32,000 nt of DNA from Pasteurella multocida (GTDB taxonomy: Bacteria; Pseudomonadota; Gammaproteobacteria; Enterobacterales; Pasteurellaceae): contig NZ_LT906458.1 of assembly GCF_900187275.1 (NCBI RefSeq), positions 1,620,001 to 1,652,000 on the forward strand, read 5' to 3'. The translations under genes and the position numbers were made by a program. Below, piece by piece: positions 26,507-32,000 of this stretch (positions within the stretch are counted from its first letter, which is position 1; the number at the start of each line of letters is the position of its first letter). The notes beneath the pieces are model-generated. The model saw nothing but the letters and a program-made list of their open reading frames with translations. It did not search any database and was not told the origin of the DNA.

Positions 26507-29038
26507 TTACACTTTCGCAACTTGAACTAAGTTAGAATGCTGTGGATTACCCTTCGCGAGAGGCGATGGACGTTGTGTTGTCAATACGTTCACACAACCT
26601 GAATGATCCACACCTTGACTGTCTGGTGCATACCAAGCACCCTCACTTAACGCGACTACACCGGGGATAATACGAGGTGTCACTTTGGCATGAATCTGCA
26701 CTTCACCACGATCATTAAAGATACGAATCATATCGCCATTTTTAATATCGCGTGCTTGTGCATCAATCGGATTAATCCACACTTCTTGCGGGGTCGCCGC
26801 CTTAATCACGTCCACGTTACCGTAAGTTGAATGTGTACGCGCTTTATAATGAAAACCTGTCATTTGTAACGGATATTTTTCCATTAATTTATCGCCATAG
26901 TGTTCAAAACTGTCAGCATGTACAGGCAATGGGTGAATCACTTCATCGTCTTTTAGCGACCACGTTTTGGCGATTTCCGCTAAGCGCTCAGAGTAAATCT
27001 CAATTTTACCGGATGGTGTTTTGAGAGGATTCGCTTGCGGATCTTCACGGAAAGCCTTATAAGCCACATAAAAGCCATTTGGATCGACTTTTTTAAAGAT
27101 GCCTTGCTGTCTGAATTCTTCAAAGGTCGGCAATTCTGGCAAGTTTTCTCGGGATTGTTGATAAATATGACGGAGCCATTCTTCTTGTGTGCGCCCTTCA
27201 GTGAATGCTTGCTTAACCCCCATTTTCTCGGCTAAATCCGTTAACATGTCATAAATATTACGGCACTCAAAAGAAGGGGGGATCACTTGATCTGCAAAGA
27301 TCACATAGTTCATATTGGCGACAAAGGCATCGGTACAAAAATCCATTTGCTCTGACGCAGTACAATCTGGTAACAAAATATCACTGTATTTTGCGGTTGA
27401 AGTCATATGATTATCAATGGTAATAATCAATTCACACTGTGTCTCATCTTGCAAAGTTTCGTGAGTACGATTGATGTCGGAATGCTGGTTAATCAAACAG
27501 TTACTCGCATAATTCCAAATCACTTTAATAGGTGCAGTGAGTTTTTCCACACCACGAATACCATCCGTTAATGCAGTCATTTCGTGCGCACGAAAAATCG
27601 CATCTGTCCATAAAAACATCGGAATACTGGCTTTCACTGGGTTTGTTAAGGTTGGCATACGGACAAAAGGGACTTTATAAGTGCTTTCCCTTGCTCCAGT
27701 ATTGCCCCCATTAATTCCCACATTACCGGTCAGAATCGGTAACATAGCAATCGCACGAGAAATCAGCTCGCCATTACTGCGACGTTGTGGTCCCCAACCT
27801 TGCGAAATATAAGCAGGTTTCGTTCCGGCAATTTCTCGAGCCAATTTAATAATACGTTGTTCAGGAATTCCCGTAATTTTCGCCGCCCACTCCGGTGTTT
27901 TGACAATTCCATCATCCCCTTCCCCCAAAATATAGGCTTTATAATGCCCATTTTTTGGTGCGCCTTCAGGCAAGGTTTTTTCATCATAGCCAACACAATA
28001 CGTATCTAAGAACGCTTGATCGACTAAATCTTCTGTAATCATCACATAAGCTAAAGCCGAAACTAAGGCGGCATCAGTACCTGGACGAATTGGAATCCAT
28101 TCATCCTCACGTCCAGCCGCGGTATCAGTATAACGAGGATCAATAATGATCATTTTCGCATTCGATTTTTGTCGTGCTTGTTCAATACAATACGTCAATC
28201 CCCCACCGCTCATGCGTGTTTCTGCTGGATTATTACCAAAAAGGACAACCAACTTCGTATTTTCGATATCAGCTAAGCCATTTCCTAATGCCCAACCACC
28301 GCCATAGGTATAATCCAACCCGACTGCAATTTGTGCGGTGCTGTAATCACCATAATGGTTGAGATAACCCCCTAAACAGTTCATAAAACGGGCAAGCATA
28401 GTTGACCCCGGAGGCCAAGACTTAGTCATTGTGCCGCCCAGTGTACCTGTACCATAATTGAGATAAATCGATTCATTACCATATTGCGCAATATTCTTAC
28501 GTAGTGAAGTAGCAATCTCATTTAGTGCTTCATCCCAACTGATACGCTTAAACTTACCTTCACCGCGTTTACCCACACGCTTCATTGGGTATTTCAAACG
28601 GTCTGGATTATAAACACGCCGGCGCATTGAACGTCCGCGTAAACACGCTCTGACTTGGTGGTCAACGTTATATGTATCCGTTCCCGTGTTGTCAGTTTCG
28701 ACATAGATAATTTTATTGTCTTTCACGTGCATTCTCAGTGGACAACGGCTACCACAGTTCACTGTGCAAGCACTCCAAACCACTTTTTCCTGCAGATTTT
28801 CTGTTGATGAGGATGTCGCTTTTTTTTCATTAGCGACGGCTTTGAAAGGTAATGACAGATTGGTCGCAGCGAGCGCTGCACCAATTGAAGTTCTTTGCAG
28901 TAAAGAACGTCTGGTCAATCTTGAATTGACAAGCAATTTATCCATAACGTATCCCCCGATGGTTATGCTATAAACAGACATAGAAACATCTATTCTATTA
29001 AACAACCAAAAAGAGGTAGGGAATATGAGATAGATCAA
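26507..29038 (-). CDS. dmsA: Dimethyl sulfoxide reductase catalytic molybdopterin subunit, Tat-exported (start near 28947 likely)
   Basis: Twin-arginine SRLTRRSLLQRTS, VVWSACTVNCGSRCPLRMHVKDN, YGTGTLGGTM. MDKLLVNSRLTRR at 28947 fits a Tat signal better than the 5' extended ORF. Confidence 0.93.
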   Translation of the reverse strand: MIYLIFPTSFWLFNRIDVSMSVYSITIGGYVMDKLLVNSRLTRRSLLQRTSIGAALAATNLSLPFKAVANEKKATSSSTENLQEKVVWSACTVNCGSRCPLRMHVKDNKIIYVETDNTGTDTYNVDHQVRACLRGRSMRRRVYNPDRLKYPMKRVGKRGEGKFKRISWDEALNEIATSLRKNIAQYGNESIYLNYGTGTLGGTMTKSWPPGSTMLARFMNCLGGYLNHYGDYSTAQIAVGLDYTYGGGWALGNGLADIENTKLVVLFGNNPAETRMSGGGLTYCIEQARQKSNAKMIIIDPRYTDTAAGREDEWIPIRPGTDAALVSALAYVMITEDLVDQAFLDTYCVGYDEKTLPEGAPKNGHYKAYILGEGDDGIVKTPEWAAKITGIPEQRIIKLAREIAGTKPAYISQGWGPQRRSNGELISRAIAMLPILTGNVGINGGNTGARESTYKVPFVRMPTLTNPVKASIPMFLWTDAIFRAHEMTALTDGIRGVEKLTAPIKVIWNYASNCLINQHSDINRTHETLQDETQCELIITIDNHMTSTAKYSDILLPDCTASEQMDFCTDAFVANMNYVIFADQVIPPSFECRNIYDMLTDLAEKMGVKQAFTEGRTQEEWLRHIYQQSRENLPELPTFEEFRQQGIFKKVDPNGFYVAYKAFREDPQANPLKTPSGKIEIYSERLAEIAKTWSLKDDEVIHPLPVHADSFEHYGDKLMEKYPLQMTGFHYKARTHSTYGNVDVIKAATPQEVWINPIDAQARDIKNGDMIRIFNDRGEVQIHAKVTPRIIPGVVALSEGAWYAPDSQGVDHSGCVNVLTTQRPSPLAKGNPQHSNLVQVAKV

Positions 29039-29074
29039 CTTTTATCTTTTAAGATAAAAAATAAGCCATATTAT

Positions 29075-29088
29075 ATGATATAAATCAA
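29075..29088 (-). promoter_or_regulatory. FNR-like binding site upstream of dmsA
   Basis: TTGATTTATATCAT on the minus strand versus consensus TTGATNNNNATCAA. Confidence 0.7.
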
Positions 29089-29190
29089 TCACTTATAAAA
29101 ATGATAATAATTAGCATTCAACTAGAATAGGCGTAAAAAAGACCATGATGTGATACTCATTACCGCATCATGGTCTGTTTCATGTCATGC

Positions 29191-29910
29191 TTAATTATCT
29201 AAATCCACACTCACCACTTCCGGCTCATTTTTTAGCAGCAAGTACACGTTTTGGAGCATGGTTTTGTCTGTAATCAAACAGCGCATATTTAAACGCACAT
29301 CATCCGTATTGGGTAAGTCTTTCACACTTAAGCTATCCAGACGGTAATTATTGCTGATTAAAATATCTGTGACTTTACCAATCGCATTCGGTGTATTGAG
29401 CTGAATGGTAATCTTCGTTTTACGAATATTATTTTTACGACGGACTAAACTTTGCACTAAAGGACTTAAACGAACAGCAATTAAAATCATCACGGTCGCA
29501 ATAATCGCATCAAAGAAAAAGCCTGCGCCACTGGCAATACCAATACCTGCAGCCGCCCAAATAATCGCAGCCGTCGTTAAGCCTGAAATCGCATCATTAC
29601 TTTTACGTAAAATCACCCCCGCACCTAAAAAGCCAATCCCACTAATCACTTGCGCGGCTAAACGCATGGGATCGGTACGGATATTTTCTGACACTTGAGC
29701 ATAATGCTCAGCGGCTTGAATAGACACAATGGTTAATACACAGGTTGTTACCGCGATAATGACGCAAGTCTTCACCCCTACTGCTTTACGTTTTAATTCA
29801 CGCTCTAAGCCGATGATTCCGCCTAATAGCATTGCCATTGCCATTTTCGCTAAAATCGCAAAATGCGTTGAGGCTAAAAAAGCATCGAACAAATCTGTTA
29901 ACATTTTCAT
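29191..29910 (-). CDS. MgtC/SapB family membrane protein
   Basis: AMLLGGIIGLERELKRKAVGVKTCVIIAVTTC, RLAAQVISGIGFLGAGVIL. Confidence 0.9.
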   Translation of the reverse strand: MKMLTDLFDAFLASTHFAILAKMAMAMLLGGIIGLERELKRKAVGVKTCVIIAVTTCVLTIVSIQAAEHYAQVSENIRTDPMRLAAQVISGIGFLGAGVILRKSNDAISGLTTAAIIWAAAGIGIASGAGFFFDAIIATVMILIAVRLSPLVQSLVRRKNNIRKTKITIQLNTPNAIGKVTDILISNNYRLDSLSVKDLPNTDDVRLNMRCLITDKTMLQNVYLLLKNEPEVVSVDLDN

Positions 29911-30053
29911 AAATCTACTGCACTAAAATCAATCAATATTATCCCAATTCTAACAAGGACATAAGATAAGTCCATAGGCATCTCAAAATATATTTCTACG
30001 CAACAAAAATGCCTCTAAAATACTTTAGAGGCATGCTATCTTGGACAAGAAAA

Positions 30054-31547
30054 TTAATCTTCTTTACCTAAAATTTGGTTAACTTCACTTTTGTATAACA
30101 CCGCTTTTGCCCCAAAAATCGCTTGAATACCTCCACCAACTTCAAGAACATCAATTGCCCCTAATGCTTTTAAACGTGCTTTATCTACTGCTTTCACGTC
30201 TTTGACATTTACACGTAAACGCGTAATACAAGCATCCACATGTTCAATATTTTCAGCCTTGCCTAATGCCTCAATAATGTGATGTGCATTTTCAGTTAAC
30301 GAAGAGTTAGTCGATTCAACCACTTCTTCCTGTTCTTCAGCTCTGCCCGGTGTCATCACATCAAATTTCGTAATCAGAAAGCGGAAGCTAAAGTAATATA
30401 ACATTGCCCAAAACACACCGACAACGACTACGAGGATCCAGTTTGTGTTTTCATTCCCCTGTAAAATGCCAAATAAAAGGAAATCAATAAAGCCACCCGA
30501 GAAAGTATTACCAATCGAAATATTCAAGAAATCGGCAATAAAGAATGAAACACCATCTAAGAAAGCATGGAAAACATACAACCAAGGTGCCACAAATAAG
30601 AACATAAATTCGATAGGTTCTGTGATGCCTGTAATAAACGACGTTAAGGCGGCCCCTAAAAACAAACCACCAATCAAACCACGACGTGCTTTAGGTACAC
30701 AGTGATACATTGCCAAACAGGCGGCGGGTAAGCCAAACATCATAGTATCGAAACGCCCCGCGAAGAAGCGAGTCCCTTCAGTGAATAACCCTTGATGGTT
30801 CGGATCAGCTAATTGTGCAAAAAAGATTTTTTGTGCCCCGATAATGGTTTCACCGTTTACAATTTCCGTTCCCCCTAACTCTGTATACCAAAAGAGCGGA
30901 TAAATCATGTGATGTAATCCCACCGCTCCACTCAAACGCATCAAAAAGCCGTAAAAAAACGTCCCAATTGCGCCCATAGAGGCGATACCCTCACCCGCGG
31001 ATACTAGCCAACCTTGGAAAGTTGGCCAAATAAGGAAAAAGAGGAAACCAACAAAAATTGCCGCAAACGCGGTAACAATAGGAACAAATCGCGATCCACC
31101 AAAGAACCCTAGAATTTGGGGTAACTGGATATTATGGTAACGATTATGTAACTTCACGGTTAATAATCCCATCACTAATGATCCAATCACCCCCGTATCA
31201 ATCCCTTTCACTTCTGGCGAAAAAATACTGATTAAGGCATTAATGGTGCCCGTCATGATTAAATAACCGACTACCGCCGCTAATGCAGCGACCCCTTTAT
31301 CACGTTTAGCCAGACCAATGCCTAAACCGATACAAAGTAATAACGCCAGATTAGCAAAAACCACACTGCCTGCGGCAGACATAATTTGGAAAATGCCTTG
31401 TAACACGGGGTTATCTAAAACAGGATAGGCCTGTACCGTCGCTTTATTCGATAATGCACCACCAATCCCTAGTAGCAAACCTGCAGCAGGTAGAATGGCA
31501 ATTGGTAACATGAACGCTTTACCAATTTGTTGAAGCTGCTTAAACAT
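30054..31547 (-). CDS. ptsG: PTS glucose-specific EIIBC-like transporter
   Basis: MFKQLQQIGKAFMLPIAILPAAGLLLGIGG, GITEPIEFMFLFVAPWLY, IIB motif VDACITRLRVNVKD. Confidence 0.85.
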   Translation of the reverse strand: MFKQLQQIGKAFMLPIAILPAAGLLLGIGGALSNKATVQAYPVLDNPVLQGIFQIMSAAGSVVFANLALLLCIGLGIGLAKRDKGVAALAAVVGYLIMTGTINALISIFSPEVKGIDTGVIGSLVMGLLTVKLHNRYHNIQLPQILGFFGGSRFVPIVTAFAAIFVGFLFFLIWPTFQGWLVSAGEGIASMGAIGTFFYGFLMRLSGAVGLHHMIYPLFWYTELGGTEIVNGETIIGAQKIFFAQLADPNHQGLFTEGTRFFAGRFDTMMFGLPAACLAMYHCVPKARRGLIGGLFLGAALTSFITGITEPIEFMFLFVAPWLYVFHAFLDGVSFFIADFLNISIGNTFSGGFIDFLLFGILQGNENTNWILVVVVGVFWAMLYYFSFRFLITKFDVMTPGRAEEQEEVVESTNSSLTENAHHIIEALGKAENIEHVDACITRLRVNVKDVKAVDKARLKALGAIDVLEVGGGIQAIFGAKAVLYKSEVNQILGKED

Positions 31548-31608
31548 AATGATCTCCTCTTCACACACAATGATTTGTACTAGTTTACCGCGTTTCTTAA
31601 CCTAACAT

Positions 31609-31624
31609 AGTGAAGTTAATCACA
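31609..31624. promoter_or_regulatory. Possible CRP site upstream of the ptsG-like gene
   Basis: AGTGA-AGTTAA-TCACA (9 of 10 half-site positions). Confidence 0.45.
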
Positions 31625-31766
31625 TATTTATGATTTATCTCCTTATTTATCTTTGGAATGCTGCATAGAAGAAAAGAAATGAAATGTTTTTTGCTAACGA
31701 TTTTGTCAAGAAATTTAGTAAAATTTGCAGTAAAATGACCGCACTTTTAACTCGTTTTGGGAAACT

Positions 31767-32000
31767 ATGCCAATTTCTAAACAAAAATGGATTGCCTACG
31801 CACAGCTGATGCGATTTGATAAGCCAATTGGCACTTTACTCTTACTTTGGCCAACCCTTTGGGCATTATTTCTATCCGTCAAAGGCATGCCCGACTTGTC
31901 GATATTAAGTATTTTTGTCTTAGGCGTGATTTTTATGCGTGCCGCGGGTTGTGTGATTAATGATTATGCCGATCGTCATATTGATGGTGCCGTCAAACGC
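31767..32000 (+). CDS. ubiA: 4-hydroxybenzoate octaprenyltransferase, 5' portion
   Basis: [37 protein letters not shown]...[21 protein letters not shown]; truncated by the window end. Confidence 0.93.
   Translation, partial: MPISKQKWIAYAQLMRFDKPIGTLLLLWPTLWALFLSVKGMPDLSILSIFVLGVIFMRAAGCVINDYADRHIDGAVKR

Noticed and set aside
26507-29038. Checked whether dmsA is a selenoprotein because selA/selB/selC are nearby
   Set aside because: The ORF is open throughout with no in-frame TGA, so there is no evidence for selenocysteine here.

Overview
Pasteurellaceae-like chromosomal window, judged by gene content and Hin-type uptake signals AAGTGCGGT. Conserved backbone on the left: rpoE(3' end)-rseA-rseB-rseC-mobB-mdtD-like MFS. 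Conserved backbone on the right: selC tRNA-Sec, selA, nucleoside hydrolase, selB, napF, a dmsD/C/B/A cluster with an FNR-like box, an MgtC-like gene, a ptsG-like PTS gene and the start of ubiA. Between them, about 14.7 kb of accessory DNA (about 4231-18984) sits against the 3' end of selC. Three att-like copies of the tRNA 3' end (about 4234, 6631 and 18967) suggest two tandem insertions. The left one is a 2.4 kb integrase-less island carrying only a GNAT-ASCH-like fusion overlapping an ASCH-only gene. The right one is a 12.3 kb P4-like satellite or defective element with a tyrosine integrase, AlpA-like regulator, Rha-like protein, Icd/Ash-like ORFs, a DUF927 helicase/primase-like protein and an Abi_2/AbiF-type HEPN gene. 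The accessory DNA also holds much non-coding structure: conserved hairpin modules in both islands, 21-bp iterons with TAGGACCA cores, TAGTACTA clusters at both ends, paired operators upstream of the alpA-like gene, and a cluster of six compact palindromes. Best candidates for something undescribed are the ASCH/GNAT-ASCH pair, the Abi_2 gene with its structured upstream region, and the repeated hairpin RNA-like module. All family calls come from reading the translations by eye; no database search was run.
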